DNA from: Escherichia coli O157:H7
GTDB taxonomy: Bacteria > Pseudomonadota > Gammaproteobacteria > Enterobacterales > Enterobacteriaceae
Direction: 5' to 3' (one strand)
Assembly (NCBI RefSeq): GCF_013167455.1
Contig: NZ_CP038330.1
DNA length: 64,000 nucleotides
Part shown: piece by piece, positions 28,075 to 39,400 of the stretch
Position numbering within the stretch: position 1 is the stretch's first letter
How the letters are laid out: every line of letters starts with the position of its first letter
Translations under genes and position numbers: made by a program
The notes under the pieces: model-generated
What the model was told of the DNA's origin: nothing
What the model saw: only the letters and a program-made list of their open reading frames with translations
The model's database searches: none

Positions 28075-29064
28075 TCAGTCTGACAGTGATGAGTCGCAGG
28101 CGTTCGGATCGGCATCGGTTTCGCTCCCGGTCTTGGCGCGCGCCTGGAAGCGCTGATAGCACTCCAGCCCGCAGAAGTGCTCGACGTATTCCGCGCCTTC
28201 CGGGGTGAAGGCGGCATCGAGCGGGATTTCCTTGCAGCACACGCAGCAACTGGTGGCAGTCGGATCATTTGCATTCATGGTGGCACCCCTCCATTGACTG
28301 ACGAAGACGGCGAATGCCGCCGCCGGCATCGGCTTGGCGAACAGGAAGCCTTGTCCTGTGTCGCAGTCCGCTTGTCGCAACAAATCAAGACTCGCCGATG
28401 TTTCCACGCCTTCGGCCACTACTTCCATGCCAAGCCCATGCGCAAGCTGAATCACGGTGCGCACGATGGTCTGGTCGCGGTGGTCGTTGGCGAGTCCGGC
28501 GACAAACGATTGGTCGATCTTGAGCGTGCTGATGGGGCAGCATTTCAGGTGTTGCAGGCAGGAATAGCCGGTGCCGAAGTCGTCGGCGGCGAAGCGCACA
28601 CCGATCTGTCGCAAAGCTTCCAGGGCGGGGAAGATCGCCGGATCACCGAACGCAACCGATTCGGTCAGCTCAATTTCAAGATACGCGGCGGGCAACCCGG
28701 CATCGGCCAGCACGCCCTTTACCCACTTGTCGAAATCTGGCCCCACTTGGCTCGCCGAAACATTGACGGCCAGCCGGAACGGTTGCCATGCCAGCACCCG
28801 CCAGTCGCGCATTTGACGGCAGGCTGCGCCCAGCACCCATGCGCCGATTTCCGGCATCAGGCCGGACGATTCGATCACGGGCAGGAACTGGCCCGGCGGC
28901 AACAGTCCGAGCGTCGGATGACGCCAGCGCAACAGGGCTTCCGCGCCGACAATCTGCTCACTGCGCAAATCGACAATCGGCTGGTAGTGCAGCTCAAGCT
29001 GCCCGCGCTCGACCGCCTGCGCCAGTTGCGCCACTGTCCATTCAATTGGCTGGGAAGCGCTCAT
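28075..29064 (-). CDS. urf2: EAL-domain protein Urf2 of mer modules
   Basis: Start [16 protein letters not shown] overlapping the merE stop (ATGA); EAL signatures (EALLRW, ELTES); ORF track over-extends to 29550. Confidence 0.8.
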   Translation of the reverse strand: MSASQPIEWTVAQLAQAVERGQLELHYQPIVDLRSEQIVGAEALLRWRHPTLGLLPPGQFLPVIESSGLMPEIGAWVLGAACRQMRDWRVLAWQPFRLAVNVSASQVGPDFDKWVKGVLADAGLPAAYLEIELTESVAFGDPAIFPALEALRQIGVRFAADDFGTGYSCLQHLKCCPISTLKIDQSFVAGLANDHRDQTIVRTVIQLAHGLGMEVVAEGVETSASLDLLRQADCDTGQGFLFAKPMPAAAFAVFVSQWRGATMNANDPTATSCCVCCKEIPLDAAFTPEGAEYVEHFCGLECYQRFQARAKTGSETDADPNACDSSLSD

Positions 29065-29297
29065 GATCGACCTCTGAAGGCCCGCAGCAGCCGCGTCACA
29101 GACAGGACAAACAAGCCGGTCAGCGTGAGGGCTGCAATACCCCAGTGCTCGCCGATGAACGCGCCGGCCGTCGTGCCGGCCAGCACAATGGCGAGAATCG
29201 GCAAATGACAGGGACAGGTGAGCACCGCCAGCGCACCCCACAGGTAGCCGGTGAACGGCTTGTGTGTCTCGGCCGGCATGCGCTCGGGGCTGTTCAT
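29061..29297 (-). CDS. merE: MerE mercury transporter
   Basis: 78 aa, two TM helices with CPCH motif. Confidence 0.9.
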   Translation of the reverse strand: MNSPERMPAETHKPFTGYLWGALAVLTCPCHLPILAIVLAGTTAGAFIGEHWGIAALTLTGLFVLSVTRLLRAFRGRS

Positions 29298-29659
29298 GGC
29301 AAACTCTCCGCATGCTGTGCCGGCGCGGTCGGCATGGCGGCCAACTGCACTTCCAGATTGGCCAACGCTTCGCGCCGGCGTTCGACGAACTGACGCAGCA
29401 CAGCAAGCTGCGCGGCAGTTTCATCGCAGTTCGCCGCATCCAGCGCCCGGCACAGCCGCGCCAATGCGCCGAGGCCGATGCCCGCCTCGAAGGCGGCCCG
29501 CACGAAGCACAGTCGCTGCAAGGCGGCGTCATCGAACAGGCCGTAGCCACCCGTGGTGCAGGCGACTGGCCGCAGCAATCCGCGCAGCAGGTAGTCGCGC
29601 ACGATATGCACGCTCACCCCGGCATCAAGGGCCAGCCGGGACACCGTGTAGGCGTTCAT
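29294..29659 (-). CDS. merD: MerD co-regulator
   Basis: Start [23 protein letters not shown] with GGAGGTG RBS; MerR-like HTH. Confidence 0.9.
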   Translation of the reverse strand: MNAYTVSRLALDAGVSVHIVRDYLLRGLLRPVACTTGGYGLFDDAALQRLCFVRAAFEAGIGLGALARLCRALDAANCDETAAQLAVLRQFVERRREALANLEVQLAAMPTAPAQHAESLP

Positions 29660-29770
29660 CGAACACCTCCTTTTGGTCGGTTCACGGCAATGCATATACC
29701 GTTTCGCCGAGTTCAATCCGCGCGCTGCGAATCCGATGCCGGTGCCGTAGAACATTGGGTCGATATCCGA

Positions 29771-30409
29771 TCACGGTGTCCTAGATGACATGGTCTGCAA
29801 CAGATGTCGATTAAACTCCTGGCCCAAGCCGAAAGCCTCGTGGACACTGACGATCGCCAATCCTTCCAATCCTTGATGCTTGGAGGCCCAGTCTTCCGCC
29901 GTCGGGACAGATGCAAAGAAATGTACATGGCAACAGAAGGACTGACGAACGTCGGCTGCTTCCTGCGGCAATACCAAGGACACCGCCATGCCGGCAGGTT
30001 CGACAGCCTGTATCTCGCTGGGTGAAACCGTGAGTGAAACGGGTGCTCCGGTTGCAGCGCAATGCGATGAGACGCGAGCTGTACGGCCGATCAGCGCCGG
30101 AAATATCAAGGTGTCCAGCGCGCACCAGGCATACAGACGGCGGTCGTCAATTTCAAAGACATACGAAGTCTCGCGCAAGGTGAGGCCGTAGCCGATGATG
30201 TTCCCATCTTTGTCATATTCGGTACTGGTGGCCTGTTCGAGTACGGCGGCCACTCGCTCAGCGGGCCAGTCGAGAATCCCGGCAAGTGTCGTTCGTGAAA
30301 CCGGACGCCCCTTGGCGAGTTCCCGCAGTAGCGGGACCAAGAGATCCGCAGTACCATTGGTACGATTGACCGAAGTGAGACGTTCTAAAATATATGGGGC
30401 GAGCTTCAT
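29771..30409 (-). CDS. merB: organomercurial lyase MerB
   Basis: Start [19 protein letters not shown]; conserved Cys/Asp region; position between merA and merD. Confidence 0.9.
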
Positions 30410-30423
30410 GGTTCCATCTCCTT

Positions 30424-32172
<1,749 letters not shown>

Positions 32173-32180
32173 TCAGTGCC

Positions 32181-32456
32181 TCACTTCTTGACGCTGGACG
32201 GATAGCCCGCGTCTTCGGTGGCCTTGGTCAGCTTCTGCACGCTGGTCTTGGCATCATCGAAGGTGACAACCGCTTCGCGTGTCTCGAAGGTCACGTTAAC
32301 TTTGCTGACGCCTTCGACCTTGGAAATCGCCTTCTTAACGGTGATCGGACAAGCGGAGCAGGTCATGCCCGGTACGGACAGCGTGACGGTCTGGGTGGCG
32401 GCCCACACGGGGGCAACAACGGCAGCGATGGCGAGAGAGGCAAACAGTTTTTTCAT
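32181..32456 (-). CDS. merP: periplasmic mercury-binding protein MerP
   Basis: 91 aa; signal peptide; GMTCSAC metal-binding motif. Confidence 0.95.
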   Translation of the reverse strand: MKKLFASLAIAAVVAPVWAATQTVTLSVPGMTCSACPITVKKAISKVEGVSKVNVTFETREAVVTFDDAKTSVQKLTKATEDAGYPSSVKK

Positions 32457-32471
32457 GATGAACTCCTGTGA

Positions 32472-32822
32472 TTAATAGAAAAATGGCATGACGTAGGGAA
32501 ATCCGAGCGCGACCAGAACCAGCGCGGCCACGACCCAGAAAATGAGCTTGTAAGTAGCGCGCACTTGGGGAATCGCACACACATCCCCTGGTTTGCAGGC
32601 TTGCGCCGGTCGGTAGATGCGCCGCCAGGCGAAAAACAGCGCCACCAACGCCGCGCCGATGAAGATCGGGCGATAAGGTTCCAACACCGTCAAGTTGCCG
32701 ATCCAAGCGCCGCTGAACCCCAGGGCGATCAGAACCAGCGGCCCCAGGCAGCAAGCCGAGGCGAGGATGGCGGCTAGCCCGCCAGTGAAGAGCGCCCCGC
32801 GCCCGTTTTGAGGTTCAGACAT
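32472..32822 (-). CDS. merT: mercuric transport protein MerT
   Basis: 116 aa; TM helices with CC pair (ASACCLGP). Confidence 0.95.
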   Translation of the reverse strand: MSEPQNGRGALFTGGLAAILASACCLGPLVLIALGFSGAWIGNLTVLEPYRPIFIGAALVALFFAWRRIYRPAQACKPGDVCAIPQVRATYKLIFWVVAALVLVALGFPYVMPFFY

Positions 32823-32893
32823 ACGCTTGTCCTTTCAAATCTGGATTGGATAGCTTAAGCTTACTTCCGTACCAATGTACGGAGTCAAGCGAT
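32823..32893. promoter_or_regulatory. mer operator/promoter (divergent merR / merTPABDE)
   Basis: MerR dyad TCCGTAC-N4-GTACGGA at ~32866-32883 between divergent merT and merR. Confidence 0.8.
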
Positions 32894-33328
32894 ATGGAAA
32901 AAAATTTGGAGAATCTGACTATTGGCGTTTTCGCCAAGGCGGCCGGGGTCAACGTGGAAACAATCCGGTTCTATCAGCGCAAGGGCTTGTTGCCGGAGCC
33001 GGACAAGCCCTATGGCAGCATCCGCCGCTATGGCGAGGCGGATGTGACGCGGGTGCGCTTCGTGAAATCAGCCCAGCGGCTCGGATTCAGCCTCGACGAG
33101 ATCGCAGAGCTGCTGAGGCTGGATGACGGCACCCACTGCGAGGAAGCCAGCAGCCTGGCCGAGCACAAGCTTCAGGACGTGCGCGAAAAAATGACCGACC
33201 TGGCGCGCATGGAAACCGTGCTATCCGAACTTGTGTTCGCCTGCCATGCGCGGCAAGGGAACGTTTCTTGCCCGCTGATTGCTTCGCTGCAAGGGGAGAA
33301 AGAGCCGCGTGGTGCCGACGCGGTGTAG
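32894..33328 (+). CDS. merR: MerR transcriptional regulator
   Basis: 144 aa from [36 protein letters not shown] track over-extends upstream. Confidence 0.95.
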   Translation: MEKNLENLTIGVFAKAAGVNVETIRFYQRKGLLPEPDKPYGSIRRYGEADVTRVRFVKSAQRLGFSLDEIAELLRLDDGTHCEEASSLAEHKLQDVREKMTDLARMETVLSELVFACHARQGNVSCPLIASLQGEKEPRGADAV

Positions 33329-33344
33329 CCGAGGGTAGTTACGC

Positions 33345-33361
33345 CTTAGCGTGCTTTATTT
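33345..33361. repeat. inner part of the Tn21-family 38-bp terminal inverted repeat (mer end)
   Basis: CTTAGCGTGCTTTATTT immediately before the IS4321-like insertion; continues at 34689. Confidence 0.75.
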
Positions 33362-34688
33362 AATGAGATGGTCACTCCCTCCTTCCCGGTACTATGCTGA
33401 GGACAGGCTTTCATTCGGAGAACTATCATGGAAAACATTGCGCTCATTGGTATCGATCTGGGTAAAAACTCTTTCCATATTCATTGCCAGGATCGTCGCG
33501 GGAAGGCTGTTTACCGTAAAAAATTTACCCGGCCAAAGTTGATCGAATTTTTGGCGACATGCCCCGCTACAACCATCGCAATGGAAGCCTGTGGCGGTTC
33601 TCACTTTATGGCACGCAAGTTGGAAGAGTTGGGGCATTCCCCAAAGCTGATATCACCACAATTTGTCCGCCCGTTCGTTAAAAGCAATAAAAACGACTTT
33701 GTCGACGCCGAAGCTATTTGTGAAGCTGCATCGCGTCCGTCTATGCGTTTTGTGCAGCCCAGAACGGAATCTCAGCAGGCAATGCGGGCTCTGCATCGTG
33801 TCCGTGAATCCCTGGTTCAGGATAAGGTGAAAACAACCAATCAAATGCATGCTTTTCTGCTGGAATTTGGCATTAGCGTTCCCCGAGGAGCTGCCGTTAT
33901 TAGCCGACTGAGTACCATTCTTGAGGATAATAGTTTGCCTCTTTACCTCAGCCAGTTATTGCTGAAATTACAACAGCATTATCACTATCTTGTTGAGCAG
34001 ATTAAAGATCTGGAATCCCAGTTGAAACGAAAGTTGGACGAAGATGAGGTTGGACAGCGCTTGCTGAGCATTCCCTGCGTCGGAACACTGACAGCGAGTA
34101 CTATTTCAACTGAGATTGGCGACGGGAAGCAGTACGCCAGCAGCCGTGACTTTGCGGCGGCAACAGGGCTTGTACCTCGGCAGTACAGCACGGGAGGTAG
34201 GACGACATTGCTGGGAATTAGTAAGCGAGGTAATAAAAAGATCCGAACTTTGTTGGTTCAGTGTGCCAGGGTATTCATACAAAAACTGGAACACCAGTCT
34301 GGCAAATTGGCCGATTGGGTCAGGGATTTACTGTGCCGGAAAAGCAACTTTGTCGTCACTTGTGCTCTGGCAAACAAGCTGGCCAGAATAGCCTGGGCCC
34401 TAACGGCACGACAGCAAACTTATGTAGCATAACGGCAGAAATACACCGGTTTAAAGAATTACTGATCTGGTTTTGCGAATACTGATATTGATGATACTAA
34501 CGGCCCACCGGCCTGTTGAGGAACCTGTAAAACGGAAAGGCTCATTGAAGCCGTATATTTTCTGGAGGTTCATCAGGCGCGGAACTCATCAAGGCGCGGG
34601 AATAAAATCCCATTCAGACGCCGGATAGATTCAAGCAAGCCAACTTGTCGTCAAAATCGGTGTTGCAAAAACGGGAGTGACCATAGAT
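33362..34688 (+). mobile_element. IS4321/IS5075-like element (IS110 family), 1327 bp, inserted in the Tn21-family IR
   Basis: Length 1327 bp, IS110-family transposase, precisely splitting the 38-bp IR, the known target of IS4321/IS5075. Confidence 0.85.
33428..34432 (+). CDS. IS110-family transposase
   Basis: 334 aa; DEDD-type N-terminal domain (IGIDLGKNSFHIH) and C-terminal domain typical of IS110 family. Confidence 0.9.
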   Translation: MENIALIGIDLGKNSFHIHCQDRRGKAVYRKKFTRPKLIEFLATCPATTIAMEACGGSHFMARKLEELGHSPKLISPQFVRPFVKSNKNDFVDAEAICEAASRPSMRFVQPRTESQQAMRALHRVRESLVQDKVKTTNQMHAFLLEFGISVPRGAAVISRLSTILEDNSLPLYLSQLLLKLQQHYHYLVEQIKDLESQLKRKLDEDEVGQRLLSIPCVGTLTASTISTEIGDGKQYASSRDFAAATGLVPRQYSTGGRTTLLGISKRGNKKIRTLLVQCARVFIQKLEHQSGKLADWVRDLLCRKSNFVVTCALANKLARIAWALTARQQTYVA

Positions 34689-34709
34689 TCCGTTTTCTGA
34701 GACGACCCC
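34689..34709. repeat. outer part of the Tn21-family terminal inverted repeat; right boundary of the resistance island
   Basis: TCCGTTTTCTGAGACGACCCC, reverse complement of a GGGG..CTCAGAAAACGGA IR end. Confidence 0.7.
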
Positions 34710-34837
34710 TTGTAGGATTGGCTGTATCTGGGGACACTATAACCGTCAAAGAAGCCGGTTTGGTGTTGGTCATTGGGGTTATCCTGTGGATCTATGGTAT
34801 AATCTTAACCAAGGTCAGCAATTCCTAAGGGGGTCAA

Positions 34838-34954
34838 ATGGACGCTTTCACATTAGGCATGTTGGGGTTGCTCATTTTTTTCACTGTCGTCACTGGCGGC
34901 AGTCTGTATCTCTACCATGAGAAACAGAAGGAAAAAAAGCATCACAACGCCTAA
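34838..34954 (+). CDS. small hydrophobic peptide (38 aa), possible membrane toxin-like peptide
   Basis: Strong SD (AAGGGGG) 6 bp before ATG; MDAFTLGMLGLLIFFTVVTGGSLYLYHEKQKEKKHHNA = one TM helix plus basic tail; rho-independent terminator downstream. Confidence 0.4.
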   Translation: MDAFTLGMLGLLIFFTVVTGGSLYLYHEKQKEKKHHNA

Positions 34955-34981
34955 AGAGTAACTGCGACAATGAACGTAAAG

Positions 34982-35009
34982 GCCAGCAATAGCTGGCCTT
35001 TTTTTATAC
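34982..35009 (+). terminator. rho-independent terminator
   Basis: AAAGGCCAGCAATAGCTGGCCTTTTTTT. Confidence 0.7.
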
Positions 35010-35025
35010 TTGCAGTTTGAGGTGT

Positions 35026-35059
35026 TACATGTCACGATAAGGTAAGTGTGACATGTAAC
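35026..35059. promoter_or_regulatory. inverted repeat TTACATGTCAC-N12-GTGACATGTAA, probable operator
   Basis: 11-bp perfect arms overlapping the start of the RHH-like gene at 35048. Confidence 0.45.
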
Positions 35060-35449
35060 GGAAAAGGTGATTTTTTGAAAGTATCCAATGAAGATGCTCA
35101 GGCTACGGCGATCTATCTCCTCAGAGCTGCTTCGCGCCCAGCTTTCTGGCGTGACGTCCCATTCGATAAGAAACTTGAAGCCGTGGACAGCCTGAACAGC
35201 ATAGGGCGATCACCATCAGAACTCACTGAATGGATTAATAAATACCTGACAGCAGAGCAAATCAATAAACTCGGGACATCAATTAGGCAACGTCGCAGAA
35301 GGGGATATGGTGTTGGTAAAAGCATAACTATAAGCGATAAAGCCCACAGGATTTTGAAGCGGTTGTCAGAAGTCGATGGTTGCAGTTTGTCAGAAGTGAT
35401 CGAGAAACGCCTAGCCCGAGCTTATAAAAATACATGGGACCATAAATAG
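35048..35449 (+). CDS. ribbon-helix-helix-like DNA-binding protein (start uncertain)
   Basis: C-terminal KSITISDKAHRILKRLSEVDGCSLSEVIEKRL resembles CopG/Arc RHH; GTG start lies inside the palindrome. Confidence 0.45.
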   Translation: MTCNGKGDFLKVSNEDAQATAIYLLRAASRPAFWRDVPFDKKLEAVDSLNSIGRSPSELTEWINKYLTAEQINKLGTSIRQRRRRGYGVGKSITISDKAHRILKRLSEVDGCSLSEVIEKRLARAYKNTWDHK

Positions 35450-35562
35450 AGTGACACTAGGGGTTGCATTTTTAAAACCCGTGATAGCATCTAAATGAAC
35501 CCAAACGAATAGGGGGGCTGGCGGCGATGCCGACCATTATCCCGACAATGGAGAAATAGACC

Positions 35563-36288
35563 ATGATGACATTGACTACCGTCTCGAAGAAAACTTCAAA
35601 TAATTCAGCCCTTGTATTCTGGCGCGTTGGTACAAAACGGAAAGGCATCCTTGATGTCCATATTGATTTTGACCACGAAGAAGCGGATCTTTTGGCTGAG
35701 CTCGTAGCCATTCGCTATCTGGCGCTGGACAAACAGGTTTTTTGCAGAGAGCCAGGTGCTGGTGCTGGTTACAAGCTGGTGGTATCCAAAGGTGCAATCA
35801 AGAAGCTGGCGCTGGGCAAATCCACCAAGGCTTTTGCTTTCAAGTTTGCGGCTTGCCTCACTGGGCGTTTAAAGGGCGCTACTATTGAAGTCTCGCAGAG
35901 CATGGAGTTTATGGATGAGCCGGGAGAGGGCAACATTGAGCTCCTCGATGTGGACAAGCAAGCCTATACCCAGACCCATGACGAAATATCTACACCTGCC
36001 ATTGGCCCCGTCCTGGTTACTCAACATGCCATCGATCAGTATCAGGCCCGGATAACCTCTGGAGACCCTAAAAAACCGTGGGCCTCACTTGTTGGCCGCC
36101 TCCAGCATCCAGAGTTACAGGTTCAGCCCTTTGACGAGAAAGTGGCTCGCCATAAAGCCAGAAAGTATGGCCGCGTAGATAACGTGGAAGTCTGGGGCCA
36201 TAGAGATTCCAAGTTCAAGTACCTGATGGTGATCAACGACGACAACCAAAAACGTGTTCTTGTCACAGTGTTTGAGCGAAATGAGTAA
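35563..36288 (+). CDS. hypothetical protein (241 aa)
   Basis: ORF with reasonable spacing; no motif recognised. Confidence 0.5.
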   Translation: MMTLTTVSKKTSNNSALVFWRVGTKRKGILDVHIDFDHEEADLLAELVAIRYLALDKQVFCREPGAGAGYKLVVSKGAIKKLALGKSTKAFAFKFAACLTGRLKGATIEVSQSMEFMDEPGEGNIELLDVDKQAYTQTHDEISTPAIGPVLVTQHAIDQYQARITSGDPKKPWASLVGRLQHPELQVQPFDEKVARHKARKYGRVDNVEVWGHRDSKFKYLMVINDDNQKRVLVTVFERNE

Positions 36289-36338
36289 CCTGCTTCTCAT
36301 TTGTTCTGAATACACAACCTCTCCAAATCACGTATTCA

Positions 36339-36353
36339 TACCCTAAAAGGGCA
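36339..36353. promoter_or_regulatory. candidate activator box ACCCTAAAAGGGCA upstream of rhs
   Basis: CC-W5-GGGC motif ~65-80 bp upstream of the rhs start. Confidence 0.3.
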
Positions 36354-36420
36354 ATAACGCAGTCGTTGATAACGACTCTCCCACCTGAAAATAGCTCCAG
36401 CATAAAAACTGGAGCTGTAA

Positions 36421-39400
36421 ATGAGATCGAGACCTTCCCTTTTACTGATGCGAAACCTGCGGTCATTGGCCGTTGTGGTGCTCGCAACTTTGCCATGCGT
36501 TGCTTTTGCACAATGGCGGGTTGTAGCCGTGAGCACCGAAGTAGACAAAATGCGCTTCAACACCATCATAGACGCGCATTCCTTCATGAAGAATTATCGC
36601 TCTGGTGAGGAGCAAGGGAAGGGAACGCCAGTTGGGGATGCGCTTTATCCGGTTGCCAGTTATGGTGATGGCCGTTATGTCTCCAGGATCTGTTTTAAGT
36701 ATCTAGGTGCTACTGGCGATTATGACCCCACTACCTGCACTGGCGACCCAGCTACGGTCTACTGGCGCTCAACCTATGTTCTGCCGGGTGAGATGGATAA
36801 AACACCGTTCCTGGACAGGGATCTCGGCTTACCAACAACGACCATGTGTGTAGGGAACCCTATCCATCTTGGCACCGGCAACAAGTTCCAGGCTGAACTG
36901 GATTATCAAAGCGGAGGCTCCGACCCTTTCACATTCACCAGATACTACAATAGCCACCTTCCTGATGAAGAGCTCGGCGGCTGGCGGCATACCTACTCGC
37001 GGAGCGTCGAGGTCAACGCCTCGAAGTACGGTGAGAACATGGTTGTCCTGCACCGGCCAGAAGGGCAACAACTCGCGTTCTACAACTCGTCCTCTGTCTG
37101 GGTGCCAACATGGAAAACCGATGATACCTTGACGAAGGATGCTACCGGCTGGCGCTACACTCAATCTGACGGGGTAGTCGAGGCCTATGATGAAACCGGA
37201 CGACTGACCGGCATCGAGAAGCCCAACGGCAATCACATCACCCTGAGCTATCTGAACGGAGAGCTATCCTCGATCACTGACGGCTTTGGCCGCACCATCC
37301 AGTTCCAGTATCAAGATGGCCGCATGGTCAGTGTCACCGATCCTGCTGGTGGCAGTATTCAGTACCAGTACAACAGCGCTGGCAAGCTGGCGGAAGTGAT
37401 CTACCAGGACAATACGAGCCGCAGCTATCTCTACGATGACCCGAATGCACCGGGTTTGCTCTCTGGGCTGGTGGACGAGAACGGCAACCGTTTCGCCACA
37501 TGGGGATATGATACTCAGGGGAGAGCGGTTCTAAGCGAACACGCCGGGGGCGCAGAGAAAACTCAGGTAAGCTACAACGCTGACGGAAGCGTCTCTGTCA
37601 CCAATGCCCTCGGCCACGTTCAGCGATACACCTACAGTCGCCACAATGGGATGCTCAAGCCTGATGTGGTTGAGGGTGCGCCGTGTACCGGCTTTGTGGG
37701 CGGCAAGGAAACCTACGTCTACGACAGCAAAGGCCTCGTCTCCAGCATTACTGACCGCGCTGGGCAGAAGCGCACGTTCACCCATAACGACCGGGGATTG
37801 GAAACCACCCAGATAGACCAGGACGGGGGTAAGGTTACGACCGACTGGCTTCCTTCCAAGTCGCTCCCGGCAAAAATCACAGAACCAACCAGGATCACTG
37901 AGCTCACCTACGACACTCATCTCCGGGTGATAAGCCGCAAGGTCACTGATCGCAGCTCGGGCGCTTCCCGGACATGGACCTACACCTATGCCCCTGTTGG
38001 TACAGGAAAGCCGAGCCTGTTGGCCTCGGTTGATGGTCCGCGCACCGACGTCAGCGATGTTACGACATTTGACTACGATGACCAGGGCAACCTGATCCGG
38101 ACAACGAACGCGCTGGGGCAGGTGACGCAGTTTGGTGACTACGACGCGAACGGTCGCGCCGGGACCATTCAGGGTGTCAATGGTGTAACCCAAACCCTCA
38201 CCTATGACGCCAGAGGAAGACTTGTCAGCTCCACTGGGCCAGAAGGAACCACGGTCTACAACTATGATGCTGTGGGCCTCCTGAGTTCGCTGACCAAGCC
38301 AAATGGTGCAACCGTCAGCTATGAGTACGACGCTGCACATCGGCTGGTGGCGGAAACAGATGCACAGGGCAACCGGCGCGAGCTTGAGCTCAATGACCTC
38401 GGGAACCCAGTAGAAGAGCGACTGCTCGATGCGCTGGGCCAGACCCGTTGGATAGAGCGCCGGATCTTCAACGAAATCGGCTGGCTCTCCAGTGTCTCCG
38501 ACGCCTATAGCAATCAGTCATCGTTTTCCTACGATGTGGTGGCAAACCTGATACAGGAGACCAGTCCCTCTGGTAACACACACTCCTACAAGTACGACGG
38601 CTTCCATCACCGGACACAAACGACCGATCCCCTCGGGAAGGTCACGCAGGTGCTCTACAAGGATACCGGCGATGTTTACCGTGTCTCCGACCCTCGTTCG
38701 CGCCTGACCTACTACAGCTACAACGGCTTTGGCGAAGTGACCCAGGTCCGGAGCCCGGACACCGGCACCACCGACATTACCTATGACGAAGCCGGTAACG
38801 TGGCAACGCGCAAAACGGCCAAGGGGCAAACCACAAGCTACAGCTATGACGCGCTGAACCGGATCATCGAAACCTCCAGCGATGTCGCTGGCGAATCGCC
38901 AATTCTGTACGGGTACGACGAAGCAACCTCACCATACGGCATAGGCCGCTTGACCTCAGTCGATGATGGCAACGGTGTCCGGAGATTTGGCTACACCCCC
39001 GAAGGATGGCTGGCTTACGAAACCTGGGAAACCCACGGGCAGAGCCTGACTACCCAGTACCAATACGATGGTGCAGGCCTCGTCACGAAGATCACGTATC
39101 CCAGTGGCCGTGAGGTCTCCTACACCCGTGACTCAGCCGGTGACGTCATCGAGGTGACAACGACACAAGCAGGCACCACAACAAACCTGGCAAGCCAGAT
39201 TGAGCGAGCGCCCTTTGGCCCCGTCACCAGTATGGTCAGAGGGAACGGCATTTCAGAAAGCCGCACTCTGGATCTCGATTACCGTGTCACCGGCATCGAC
39301 GCTGCTAGGGTGCATTCGCTGGTCTATCGGTACACGCCAGACTCGTTGATTTCAGCCATAGACGACAATCTCAGCTCATCAGTCAATCAGTCACTCGGTT

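Noticed and set aside
28177-29208. Plus-strand 343-aa ORF across urf2 and merE
   Set aside because: Antisense to two recognisable mer genes; GC-rich artefact.
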